From positions 61,870 to 125,869 of the forward strand of contig CAVTUQ010000040.1 of the NCBI GenBank assembly GCA_963737905.1: DNA of 64,000 nucleotides, written 5' to 3'. Position numbers and translations under genes: made by a program. This DNA is from an uncultured delta proteobacterium. Lineage in GTDB: Bacteria > Desulfobacterota > Binatia > UBA9968. How positions within the stretch are numbered: the first letter of the stretch is position 1; every line of letters begins with the position of its first letter. This document shows positions 9,521 to 18,527 of the stretch, in pieces. The notes under the pieces were generated by a model, which made no database searches, was not told where the DNA came from, and saw only the letters and a program-made list of their open reading frames with translations.

Positions 9521-9651
9521 GGTGTCTTTTTACACACCCGTGGTGGCGAAATAGCCACCTCCGTTAGCCTTTCAGTAAGCAACGTCCTTCTCAGCTCTTT
9601 CATCAACTCAATCACTTAGCGCATCTCTCCTCCACTGGCACTACTGTTGCT
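9521..9651 (+). promoter_or_regulatory. Sigma54 promoter module copy 2
   Basis: GGTGTC-TTTTTA-CACACC (9521-9538), GGTGGC-GAAATA-GCCACC (9542-9559), ACTCAATCACTTA, TGGCAC-TACTG-TTGCT (9636-9651). Confidence 0.88.
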
Positions 9652-9724
9652 GAACAGCTCGGTGTGCGTCGTTACCGATCAGTTGCAGCTGAGGAAAAGG
9701 GTTTTCAAAAACTGGGAGGGAAAT

Positions 9725-10291
9725 ATGAAACTAGGGACGATTATAGTAGCGAGCAGAGAACGAGGTCGGACTTTAATATCTCAACTATCTTGGATTTCAT
9801 GGAGCGAAAAGCACCGTGAAACAAATTCTAAAGCTAGTCGGAAAACATGGCGCGCAACGTCTATTGTATATTTTCTGTTTTTTATCTTGTGCGCGAGATC
9901 ATTGGCGGCCGACCCAAAGACAATGGCCTTCCTCGAAGAGCACACCGTTGCTCCGGGTACGCCACAAACTGTCGGCGCTTTGTACGTGGTGCCGCCTGGA
10001 CGCAAAGCGTACGTCTCTAACATGGTCTGCGAGATCCGGTCGTTCAACGGTCCTGGCTACTCGTTCATGTTTCTCGTGGCTTTCGCCAATGCAACAATAG
10101 CGGGACCGGCGACAAGTACAGCGGGAATGAATCCGCTAGTCTGCGTTAATTCCGACTACATCACCACCAATACATCAAGCCCCGGATTTACGCTTTTACC
10201 TGGCAACTACATCTACGCTCTGTACGGCAATTTAGGGAATAATATGGATTTTCAAATGCTGTCTGCTTTCATTTTTGAGGATGATCTGTAA
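9725..10291 (+). CDS. Hypothetical exported protein
   Basis: GGGAGGG RBS and ATG at 9725; hydrophobic segment SIVYFLFFILCARSLAA followed by a beta-rich domain. Confidence 0.65.
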   Translation: MKLGTIIVASRERGRTLISQLSWISWSEKHRETNSKASRKTWRATSIVYFLFFILCARSLAADPKTMAFLEEHTVAPGTPQTVGALYVVPPGRKAYVSNMVCEIRSFNGPGYSFMFLVAFANATIAGPATSTAGMNPLVCVNSDYITTNTSSPGFTLLPGNYIYALYGNLGNNMDFQMLSAFIFEDDL

Positions 10292-10358
10292 GTACGATCG
10301 AACAGGAAAATTGGGTCAAATTGCCGAAGTGAACTTACCGGAAATTTGATTAAGCGAC

Positions 10359-10679
10359 ATGTTTGATCGACGGGGGGAGGTAATTAGGGTCAGGTCTTTA
10401 TATTTATATTTGATTCTGCTGAAAAGGTTTTCGGCAAAAATTAGGACACAAATTTTCGCTCACAGATGCCGTATAACGAACGATCGCAGCTTGGTTAATC
10501 ATCCTGAGAACAGTGTGACAACAACGATCCTTTTTAACGAGACACCGACGTTTGGGGGTTTCGTGGCGGCCGCTGGAGAGGTTTCCTTTATCCCGGAGAC
10601 GAATCGAATCTTTGTGCGCTTCAAAGACAGCAGCAATGTTACGCGCGGCTTAACCAGTGTGACCGTAAGAACTCAATGA
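10359..10679 (+). other. Possible gene fragment (C-terminal beta-rich piece)
   Basis: The 3' half (TILFNETPTFGGFVAAAGEVSFIP...RIFVRF) looks coding; the 5' half is AT-rich and spans a repeat motif. Confidence 0.3.
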
Positions 10680-10952
10680 CATGGAGAGGGAAAGGAGGAT
10701 ATTTTCATCTGATGGATGCATTGTTTCCGAGGCACTGATGCCTTAGCGGGTCGCAACTCCATAACCATGAACTACCAGCCTTGAGCGAGAAAGGTCCCGA
10801 GAGCCGGTCAGCCGATACAAGCAAAAGTCTATCTTGCCTTCGGCTCCGGCTCCCGCGACGGTCACAGTTTCTGTGTGCGTGGCACCGGGAGCCCGACGTT
10901 CTTAAATTCATTGAGACACATCTCAAAATAGGAAGGGGCGAAATAGAGCTAG

Positions 10953-11858
10953 ATGATGAAAACGTTGGCGACAATTCTAATGCCGGTCTACTTGCTCCTA
11001 ATCACCTGGATTCCGATCGAATCAAGCGCGCAAGTCTTCGGCGGCGGGACGGAAGAAAAAGATACCGTTGTTCTCAAATGGCTAGGCAATACTGGTTGGG
11101 AGATTCAGATCGGGCAAACGATCATTCTGATCGATCCGTTCTTAACCCGTGGAGAGGTAAATCTCGGCGCTGAATGGAAAACTGATGAAGCGGCTGTGTT
11201 GAAGGCGATCAACCGCGCTGATTATATTTTCGCCGGCCATAGTCACGCGGATCATATCGCCGACATCCCGTTCATCGCGAAAAAGTTCGGCGCCAAAGTA
11301 ATCGGATCGCAGACAACGACGAACATCGCGCTCACCGCTGGCGTGGACAAGTCACAACTCATCACCATAAGCGGCGGCGAAAAACTGGATTTTAAGGAGT
11401 TTTCGGTTCAAGTGATCGAAAGCGTCCACGGGGCGGTGATTAGAGGAGGACGTAGTCGCCGTCCGAAGTTTGAGGAAATCACCAGACCGTGGGCTGGTCC
11501 TCTAATGGGCAGCAGTTTCGTAGAGGGAGGATGCTACCTTTATTACTTCACCTTCGGAAAGCATCGCGTCTTGCACCAGAGCACTGGTGGCTTCATCGAA
11601 GAAAATCTCAGCGGTTTGCGACCCGATATCGCCCTTCTATACCCGATGAACCGCAACGATTCGGCAGAGATTCTCAAGGCGCTGCAACCGAAAATGGTAT
11701 TCGTCCATCACTTCGATGAGTGGCGGGCGCCAATCGCGGAAGGCATGCCGGAACGAAATCGTAAACGGGCTCAACGGTTCGCTAACGACGTTCGAGCGCT
11801 CAATCCTGAAATTAAAACCGTCATCCCCGAGTTCTTCGCGTCCTTTACCTTGGAGTGA
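10953..11858 (+). CDS. Secreted metallo-beta-lactamase-fold hydrolase (UlaG-like)
   Basis: Signal peptide, WLGNTGW, ILIDPF, HSHADH motif, downstream SVH and HHFD. Confidence 0.9.
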   Translation: MMKTLATILMPVYLLLITWIPIESSAQVFGGGTEEKDTVVLKWLGNTGWEIQIGQTIILIDPFLTRGEVNLGAEWKTDEAAVLKAINRADYIFAGHSHADHIADIPFIAKKFGAKVIGSQTTTNIALTAGVDKSQLITISGGEKLDFKEFSVQVIESVHGAVIRGGRSRRPKFEEITRPWAGPLMGSSFVEGGCYLYYFTFGKHRVLHQSTGGFIEENLSGLRPDIALLYPMNRNDSAEILKALQPKMVFVHHFDEWRAPIAEGMPERNRKRAQRFANDVRALNPEIKTVIPEFFASFTLE

Positions 11859-11974
11859 AGTCGAATCTGAATTCTTAGGAGCAGAGGAAAGGCGTCTTTT
11901 CACAGCCTATCTAAGTGGAGCTAGCGGGAAATTTCTTTAGAGCCTCCATATTTACTGCCAGCCTAGAAAGAAGG

Positions 11975-12104
11975 GGTGTCTTTTTACACACCCATGGTGG
12001 CGAAAAAGCCACCATGTTGATCGTCCAGCAAGCACTTCTCTTTATCCGCTCTCTCATCAACTCAACCACTTAGCCCGATGTTCTGCGCTGGCATTGCGGT
12101 TGCT
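11975..12104 (+). promoter_or_regulatory. Sigma54 promoter module copy 3
   Basis: GGTGTC-TTTTTA-CACACC (11975-11992), GGTGGC-GAAAAA-GCCACC (11996-12013), ACTCAACCACTTA, TGGCAT-TGCGG-TTGCT (12089-12104). Confidence 0.88.
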
Positions 12105-12192
12105 GTGTAGATCGGCGGGAAGTCGCAGCACAGGTGGAAATCAAAGTATTTTCCCGTCTCGTCGTCGTAGACGGGAAGAAGGAGTCATTCCT

Positions 12193-12436
12193 ATGAAAAG
12201 CACAAGAAGCACCGCTCAACATCCATTCGTTTTGATCCTGGCACTGCTCGGTTTGGCGGGTCTGGCCACGTTCGCGTTGGAGCCAGTTGCGCTCGCACAG
12301 GTTAATCCGAGTTGGACCCCTACCGGCAGCCTGAACATAGCTCGCGTTGGTCACACAGCGACGCTGCTCCCCAATGGCAAGGTACTGGTCACAGGGGGCA
12401 GGGGCTATAACTATGAAGCTCTCAACAGCGCGGAGG
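12193..12436 (+). pseudogene. Truncated Kelch-repeat secreted protein (paralog of 20104-22083)
   Basis: Signal peptide plus PSWTPTGSLNIARVGHTATLLPNGKVLVTGG...LNSAE, then fused to IS200 sequence. Confidence 0.85.
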
Positions 12437-12666
12437 TATATGGGACGGGCGAAGAACTTTGTGAGACAGCACTTTTGGGCGAGGGGGTACTACGTGTCGA
12501 CGGTGGGGCGGGACGAGGCCGAGGTGCGTAAGTATATCCAGGCGCAAGAGAAAGAAGATCGACGGTTGGATCAGCTGAAAATGTTTGAATAGAAGGAAAC
12601 GCCGGCGTAGCCGGCCAGACCGCTTTGAGCGGTTCACAAATCAAGCCTCCGGCTCTGCCGGAGGTA
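12428..12666 (+). mobile_element. tnpA: IS200/IS605-family remnant: tnpA 3' end and right-end hairpins
   Basis: ARRYMGRAKNFVRQHFWARGYYVSTVGRDEAEVRKYIQAQEKED contains the Y1 FWxxGY and catalytic YI.xQ region. Hairpins at 12618-12635 and 12646-12664. Confidence 0.85.
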
Positions 12667-12760
12667 CATGACTAATGAGTAAGGCGAAAGCCGGTTTTGG
12701 GGTCTCTATGTACATGTCACAAAGACAGACACCTTAACAGCGGCGTATCCAGAAGCAAAC

Positions 12761-12885
12761 ATGGACAGCGCCATGCAGAAGCTGAAGGACTTCACCCTCG
12801 AAGGTATGGCCGACAAAATCGAATGCCCGATACTCATTGTGCACGGCGAGCACGACACCATCGTGCCGGTCGAAATCGCTCGCGC
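12761..12885 (+). pseudogene. Alpha/beta-hydrolase C-terminal fragment
   Basis: FTLEGMADKIECPILIVHGEHDTIVPVE; no N-terminus and no catalytic His segment. Confidence 0.65.
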
Positions 12886-13105
12886 TCCTCCGACCGCTGC
12901 GCCGCCCAAACCAGCCGAGGCAACACCGCCATTTTCATCAAACATTAAATGGGATTGGCAACTCCCCGGTCCGGGCGATCTTGCTCAGGCCAGAAAAAAG
13001 GTGGTTTAAATTTCCTAGACAGATTGCGCGTATTGAAATTAGAGCCGCCGAGCGTGGCAAGATTGGGACCTCGTGCAGCCATTCTCCGCAACAGAAGGAG
13101 AAACC

Positions 13106-13843
13106 ATGTTCATAACATCGAACCATCTAGCCGCATATATTGCCCTTAAGAGCAGGCCAATGACTCAGGAGGGAGTGACCTACCGGAAGAGCGAAATCAG
13201 GGTCATCGCCACCAGAACAGCATATGGAACTTTGATCACGACGCTAGTAACGATCCTGTTCGGGATCGTTTTCGCTTCCACGGCCAGCGCGGGATGCGCG
13301 AACGTCCCAGCAAAGCCGGAGCAGCAGCCGTCCTGGCTCGTACAGACCGCATATCGGCCTGGGACGTTTGTGCTCGCTTCCGATGACGATGGCCCCTCAA
13401 TTGTAGGGCTGTGGCAATTTACGTTTGTGGCCAAAGGCAACGGAAACAATACCCCGCCCTTCAACCCGCCCGACGGAGCGATACTCGATGCGGGATACGT
13501 CCAGTGGCACAGCGATGGAACGGAACTCATGAATTCCGGGCGCGATCCGGCCACCAGCAGCTTCTGCATGGGGGTATGGAAAAGCACCGGAAGATTCAAG
13601 TACAAGCTGAATCACGTTGCCCTGAGCTGGGATGCCACTGGACAGAGTTGCCCTCCGTCTCAACAGCCGGGAGCGACCGGCTGTTTCCAGGGTCCCGCCA
13701 ATATTCGCGAGGAGATCACCCTGGACCATTCCGGCGATCACTACACGGGCAGGTTTACGTTAGATCAATACGATCCCACCAGCACGATGCTGCTATTCGA
13801 ACTGAAGGGTACCATTGCTGCAGACCGCATCACGGCGGATTGA
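13106..13843 (+). CDS. Secreted hypothetical protein (beta-barrel-like)
   Basis: AAGGAG RBS, signal-like segment ending ASTASAGC, SIVGLWQF...WHSDGTE...CMGVW. Confidence 0.75.
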   Translation: MFITSNHLAAYIALKSRPMTQEGVTYRKSEIRVIATRTAYGTLITTLVTILFGIVFASTASAGCANVPAKPEQQPSWLVQTAYRPGTFVLASDDDGPSIVGLWQFTFVAKGNGNNTPPFNPPDGAILDAGYVQWHSDGTELMNSGRDPATSSFCMGVWKSTGRFKYKLNHVALSWDATGQSCPPSQQPGATGCFQGPANIREEITLDHSGDHYTGRFTLDQYDPTSTMLLFELKGTIAADRITAD

Positions 13844-13917
13844 CGCCGGAGGACGGTGGCGCTCTGCCGCACAACAACAGCAGCGCCGCTTACGGTGTTT
13901 GCTTTGAACTCATAAGT

Positions 13918-13945
13918 CAGCCTCCGCCTTTCCGGGCGGAGGCTG
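13918..13945. terminator. Strong hairpin after the 13106-13843 gene
   Basis: CAGCCTCCGCC-TTTCCG-GGCGGAGGCTG, an 11-bp perfect stem. Confidence 0.5.
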
Positions 13946-14261
13946 CGCATACGCCCATTAGGTCTAAGACCCAATGCTGTCCTAGCTGGTTGTCTGCTGA
14001 TATCGTCAATCTCCGGCCTGCGATTGACGATGATTGGCGACTAGACAACCTCTAGCCCAGTTCTGGCTCCTGCATGTACGTGGCTGTAGTGTTGTCGGTC
14101 TCCCACAAGGGGAGTTCTGAGGTCGGATCTTGGACCATGTAATTGGCAAGAAGCGATCATGTATCAACGGTCGCGCGGAGATGGTTGAAAGATAATTCTA
14201 CCGTCAAGTTTTGGGTTCGCCCGCGAGAGGAATCTGCGTCCCCCGTGCAGTTGCGCGCTTC

Positions 14262-14345
14262 GTAGCTCGGTCGGTTCACACGGCAACGCTGCTTCCCAAT
14301 GGCAAGGTCTTGGCCGCGACGGGATATTATACGGGGACGGCGGGA
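14262..14345 (+). pseudogene. Isolated Kelch-repeat fragment
   Basis: HTATLLPNGKVLAATGYYTGTA is nearly identical in DNA to ~21049-21116 (HTATLLPNGKVLAAAGYYTGTA). Confidence 0.8.
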
Positions 14346-14478
14346 CGTACCTCGACCTTTAGAGATGGAATTCGACGGCGCTCTACCTCACGCTGGACAA
14401 TCGCGAAATGATTTCTTCGAAATGATACGGCCCGCGAATTGTTTCTCGGCACCCTCGCCCAAAAGTCAACGAGCATTG

Positions 14479-14919
14479 TCACGCGATGGCTATTTCGACG
14501 TTGAGCGGCTTAAGGTTTTCGGCCTTCGCCGCTTTAAGTAATCGCCCGTCGGCGGCAGCAAACGTGGTTTCCTCATCGAGAGCGATCTTGAGCGAGAGCG
14601 CGGAGGCCAGATGAACGGCATCGAAGCCCTTCAGTGGGTGGCGTTGGATCAGGTCGCGTGCCAGACCTAGGATATCGTCTCCCAACTCGACTCGAATATA
14701 GGCGTGCCAATCGCGGTCAAACTGGCTGCAAGCGAGGATGTACTCTGCTTTGGACAGATTGCGCTCGCGGAGTTTCCGTGTGAGACCCGCAAAGATTTCC
14801 GCATAGGCGATTTTCGCAGTGGCAACGGCTCTGTCTCGCTGCACCAGGGATCGAACCAGAAGCGATCCCTTTTCGCTAACGAACCGTTTAATCAGAGCGC
14901 TGGTATCGAGATAAATCAC
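14479..14919 (-). CDS. vapC: PIN-domain toxin (VapC)
   Basis: YLDTSALIK, YAE, GFDAVHLASA and AADGRL carry the PIN acidic residues. Confidence 0.9.
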   Translation of the reverse strand: MIYLDTSALIKRFVSEKGSLLVRSLVQRDRAVATAKIAYAEIFAGLTRKLRERNLSKAEYILACSQFDRDWHAYIRVELGDDILGLARDLIQRHPLKGFDAVHLASALSLKIALDEETTFAAADGRLLKAAKAENLKPLNVEIAIA

Positions 14920-15197
14920 CTGCGATCTTGCACAATGGCCTTCGAGGTGGGTTTACCCGAGACCCTTACTAACCGAACTCGCCTCAGGGGCTTTTGGGTC
15001 GGCAACACCAAGAGACCTCGTGCCGCAAGTCTAGCGAGCCTCGCTTCCAAGCTCACGGCTTTCTCCGCGCTCTTGATCGGCTGAATCAGCGCAATCGGGT
15101 TGCCTCTTTCAGTGACGATCACCTCTTCTCCTTGCTTGGTCCGTCGAAGGTATTGGGTAAGACAATTCTTAAGTTCTTTGACGCCAACCGTGCTCAC
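14916..15197 (-). CDS. Phd/YefM-family antitoxin
   Basis: VGVKELKNCLTQYLRRTKQGEEVIVTERGNPIA; GGAGG RBS before GTG 15197; overlaps the vapC start. Confidence 0.9.
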   Translation of the reverse strand: MSTVGVKELKNCLTQYLRRTKQGEEVIVTERGNPIALIQPIKSAEKAVSLEARLARLAARGLLVLPTQKPLRRVRLVRVSGKPTSKAIVQDRR

Positions 15198-15213
15198 AAG
15201 ATGATCCTCCAAT

Positions 15214-15230
15214 GTAGCTATGGTAGCTAC
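15214..15230. promoter_or_regulatory. Putative Phd operator palindrome
   Basis: GTAGCTA-TGG-TAGCTAC immediately upstream of the antitoxin RBS. Confidence 0.6.
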
Positions 15231-15394
15231 TTTAGGTCTAGAGTACAAACTCTAGCAGGCCGCTGCCTGCAAACAGACTTTTTCATCAACTTTCTGTTGC
15301 TGCTTTATTTCAGAACTGGCTACCTTTTTGAATATTGCGCCAGTACCATCGGAGTCGCCGCCGAAAAAGTCGCGTGTCCCCTCTCATTTCACAT

Positions 15395-15525
15395 GGTGGC
15401 TTTTTACACACCCAGGGTGTTGAAAAAGCCACCTTTGTTAAGCTTCCAGTAAGCAACCTCTTTTTCAGCTCTCTCATCAACTCAATCACTTAGCCCGCCT
15501 CCTGTCCGGTGGCATTACGGTTGCT
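15395..15525 (+). promoter_or_regulatory. Sigma54 promoter module copy 4
   Basis: GGTGGC-TTTTTA-CACACC (15395-15412), GGTGTT-GAAAAA-GCCACC (15416-15433), ACTCAATCACTTA, TGGCAT-TACGG-TTGCT (15510-15525). Confidence 0.88.
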
Positions 15526-15597
15526 CACCAGGACGTGGGTTCGCACAACCCGTAAAGAGACGGGACCCGGATACCATCAGATCCTCTTAAGAGAGTA

Positions 15598-16211
15598 ATG
15601 AACATGTTTGACTTCACTGGCATCATCATCAAAGGCGGCCGGTCATGGTCCCCCTTTTGGCCTGCTCGATCATCTCCCTCGCCGTGGTCATAGAGCGGAT
15701 CCTCTTTTGGCGCAAAGCCCGCTCCTGCGGACCGGTGGAAGAGCTCCTCCAACTGGTCGAGCGCCGAGAGTTCGCCAAAGCGACCGAACTGGGCCAGAGT
15801 GTCGATTTGCCAGCCGCCCGGGTCTTAACCGCCGGCCTCGAACACCGAAACCCTTCGCTTGCCAAAGCCCTAGAAGTAGCGGCACAGGCGGAGATCCCGG
15901 TTCTCAAAAAGCGCCTGACCATTCTCAACACCATCATCACTCTGGCACCCCTTCTGGGGTTACTGGGAACCATCACCGGTATGATCAGTTCTTTCGGCAT
16001 CATGTCGGAGGCGGGCCTCGGCCAGCCCCACGCGGTTACCGGCGGCGGCGCCGAGGCCCTGATCGCCACCGCGGCGGGACTCTTGATCGCCATTCTTACC
16101 CTCGTCCCATACAACTATTTCTCCAATCGAGCCGAACGGGAACTGGAAGAGATTGAGTATTACGGCTCGCGCCTGGAGCTGCTATTGGCCGAGCAGGAAG
16201 GGAAAAACTAG
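15598..16211 (+). CDS. exbB: MotA/TolQ/ExbB proton-channel protein (1-bp frameshift near 15640)
   Basis: APLLGLLGTITGMI and EALIATAAGL motifs. The upstream MNMFDFTGIIIKGG is 1 nt out of frame with MVPLL at 15645. Confidence 0.85.
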
Positions 16212-16403
16212 CCCAGTGTTCAACAGAACGACTTTAAGAAAGTTTATCGCGCCAAGACGCCAAGCACGCAAAGAAAGACATGTACTTATTTTCCGAACCT
16301 TGGCACCCCCTTCGACGTCGCTCGGGACATGCTTTGCGCCTTTGCGCGAGACATTGTTTTTCCGATCTCTTTCTCAATTCAGAATTTCAAAGGTAAGTGC
16401 CTA

Positions 16404-16510
16404 ATGCGGCTTTCGCGCAGAACCATCAAGAGAGCCCGCATCGAGATCATTCCGATGATTGATACGATCTTTTTCCTGCTGGTCTTTTTCATGATCTCGA
16501 CCCTTGGCCG
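16404..16510 (+). pseudogene. exbD: ExbD/TolR N-terminal fragment
   Basis: RARIEIIPMIDTIFFLLVFFMISTL, after which homology breaks off. Confidence 0.8.
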
Positions 16511-16689
16511 AGGACACGATGTTCGACTACAAGTGCACCATATGGGAAACCCGCACTTATCGCCATTCTCTTCAGTACAACATTCGCTGGATCATGGAGG
16601 TTCGAACACGAGATAATCGTTTTACAAATAGACAAATATAAAGCAACCGGAACCGTCGAGCCATGTAGCTGATTCGAATTCTTCACTTT

Positions 16690-16762
16690 GGGGACCGGCT
16701 ACTTTTTCGAATATCCCGGACAGTACGATCCGACTCGCCGCAGAAAAAAAGTTGCCTGTCCC
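16690..16762. repeat. Inverted pair of GGGGAC-type short repeats
   Basis: GGGGACCGGCTACTTTTTC ... AAAAAAAGTTGCCTGTCCC. Confidence 0.65.
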
Positions 16763-16788
16763 TTTAGTGCCTTTAGTGCGCCTAAACC

Positions 16789-17061
16789 CTAGAGCGCTAC
16801 TTTAAGTCGGGGTTGCACTAGACGGGACTTTGGAGGAGGAGCCAATTTCTTGACCCGTACGTGGACCACCGGCTGATTCTTTTCCCTGTGGCGGCGAGCC
16901 AGGGCCAGATTCTTGCGACACAGAGACGGATCATCCTCCGGCAGAAGCACCACTAGGGCATTGTTCGGAATTTTATCCGCCACCTCGGGATGCTCGACGA
17001 GGTACTTATTAAATTCCGTGTTTAGTAGGATATTTTTATAGGCGAAACTCTTTTTATTCAC
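16789..17061 (-). CDS. DUF5647-like putative antitoxin
   Basis: Paralog of 2719-2997; GTG start overlaps the upstream stop; GGAGG RBS. Confidence 0.72.
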   Translation of the reverse strand: MNKKSFAYKNILLNTEFNKYLVEHPEVADKIPNNALVVLLPEDDPSLCRKNLALARRHREKNQPVVHVRVKKLAPPPKSRLVQPRLKVAL

Positions 17062-17372
17062 TTCGTTTCCTCCCGAAAATATCTTTCTCGGTAGAGCTCC
17101 CAATTGGCTTTCACATCTTCCTGTGCGTAAGAGAAAGCGTCGCTAAAATTTGGAAAGTGCAGCAACCTCTTTTCCTTTGTCCCGTCCGGGTTCATGACAT
17201 CCGTGTGAGGCTGTCCATGCGCTGTGTCATAACGGACTATAGCCATCCACTGATCCTTCAGAAGCGTTTCATACTGAACAACAAATGCCGTGATTTTGCC
17301 TCGATCCTTTCTGAACCGAACCCGGATACGATCCTGGCCGGTGATCATTTGGACATAGGCTTTCTCAACCAC
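17058..17372 (-). CDS. Putative toxin with RYDTAHG motif (DUF7718-like)
   Basis: FVVQYE...AIVRYDTAHGQPHTD; translationally coupled to the downstream small gene. Confidence 0.72.
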   Translation of the reverse strand: MVEKAYVQMITGQDRIRVRFRKDRGKITAFVVQYETLLKDQWMAIVRYDTAHGQPHTDVMNPDGTKEKRLLHFPNFSDAFSYAQEDVKANWELYRERYFREETK

Positions 17373-17466
17373 TAACTTGCTATTCTTTACGAACAGCCAA
17401 ATAAGTCAACTCCTAAAGGCAGGTACGTGGAAGAACAAAGGCTCGGGAGTCCTTTTCAACCTATTT

Positions 17467-17646
17467 TCAGAGTAAGCGAGAACGCCCCAAAGAATTCTTT
17501 GCCACACCATGACGATTGGCGACATCATTCTGCACAATTAGGGCCGGGCGCGTCTTCCGAATTTCTGCACCTATCGTGGGATCAAAATTGACGAGATAAA
17601 CCTCACCCCTCCGAGGTCGTACTAACGGCGTTGGGCTTTGGGCCAT
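17467..17646 (-). pseudogene. mazF: Truncated MazF/PemK toxin
   Basis: Manual translation: MAQSPTPLVRPRRGEVYLVNFDPTIGAEIRKTRPALIVQNDVANRH, then unrelated sequence and a stop (59 aa). Confidence 0.85.
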
Positions 17647-17870
17647 ACTTCTTCATCGATTAGGAACCATTCTTCCGCAATTGCTCGGTCGCGCTCAAAT
17701 CTGCGAACGGATCCTTCCTTGATCTTTTTTTTGAGACTCTTCCTCGCCGCCCCTCGAAAATATTGTTTCAGAGCTTCGTCGACGAGCCGGCTTCGGTCGC
17801 CTTTACCCGCCACTCGTTCCATGAGGCGCACAGTTGACTCTGGCAAGGTGATATTAATGCGCTTGTACAT
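17622..17870 (-). CDS. Ribbon-helix-helix antitoxin (MazE/NdoAI-like)
   Basis: KRINITLPES...DRSRLVDEAL RHH pattern; overlaps the mazF start. Confidence 0.8.
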   Translation of the reverse strand: MYKRINITLPESTVRLMERVAGKGDRSRLVDEALKQYFRGAARKSLKKKIKEGSVRRFERDRAIAEEWFLIDEEVWPKAQRR

Positions 17871-18178
17871 CGCTTGGATTCCTTTCGGGGATTAACGCAG
17901 CATACACACTGTCAATTGCCAGGTGGACGCCTGGGATCGCGTTTTGAATTCTTATCGTTCTCGCTGAAGAGCAGGGCAAAGCGGGAAGACACCTTACACG
18001 TGAATCGGCGACGTTTTGCAGATTCAGCGCCATCCGTAGCGGACCTACCTGCTGGCGATTCTTATCGTAGTTCTCATACCCGTCTTCGAATGAGTTAAAA
18101 AGCGCCCCGAGAGCTATGCCGGTTAGCGGAAGAATTTCTTCACCGCGTCTTTTTTGAGCGACTAGGCAGCGGATCGGC

Positions 18179-18306
18179 GGTGGCTTTTAAGACACCCACG
18201 GTGGCGAAAAAACCACCTTTTTTAATTGTCTAGCAAGCACTTCTCTATAGCTCTTCCATCAACTCAATCACTTAGCCGTCTCTTCTCCGCTGGCATTACC
18301 GTTGCT
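18179..18306 (+). promoter_or_regulatory. Sigma54 promoter module copy 5
   Basis: GGTGGC-TTTTAA-GACACC (18179-18196), GGTGGC-GAAAAA-ACCACC (18200-18217), ACTCAATCACTTA, TGGCAT-TACCG-TTGCT (18291-18306). Confidence 0.88.
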
Positions 18307-18527
18307 GAGTAATCGCACGGATGATTACACACGACTCGTGCTTGAGGACAAGCGATTTATCTAAACAAATCACACGGAAGATCGTGACGAGAAAATTGAG
18401 TTTTAAGCCCCGCGGATCTCTGGTGAATGATCCCGAATCGCGGTGCAGCTTCCTTCCAACGACTAAAAAGACTCATGGTCCATTTGTGTTCCCTTCGTCG
18501 CATCATGACCAGCGAGACTTGGTGGCC

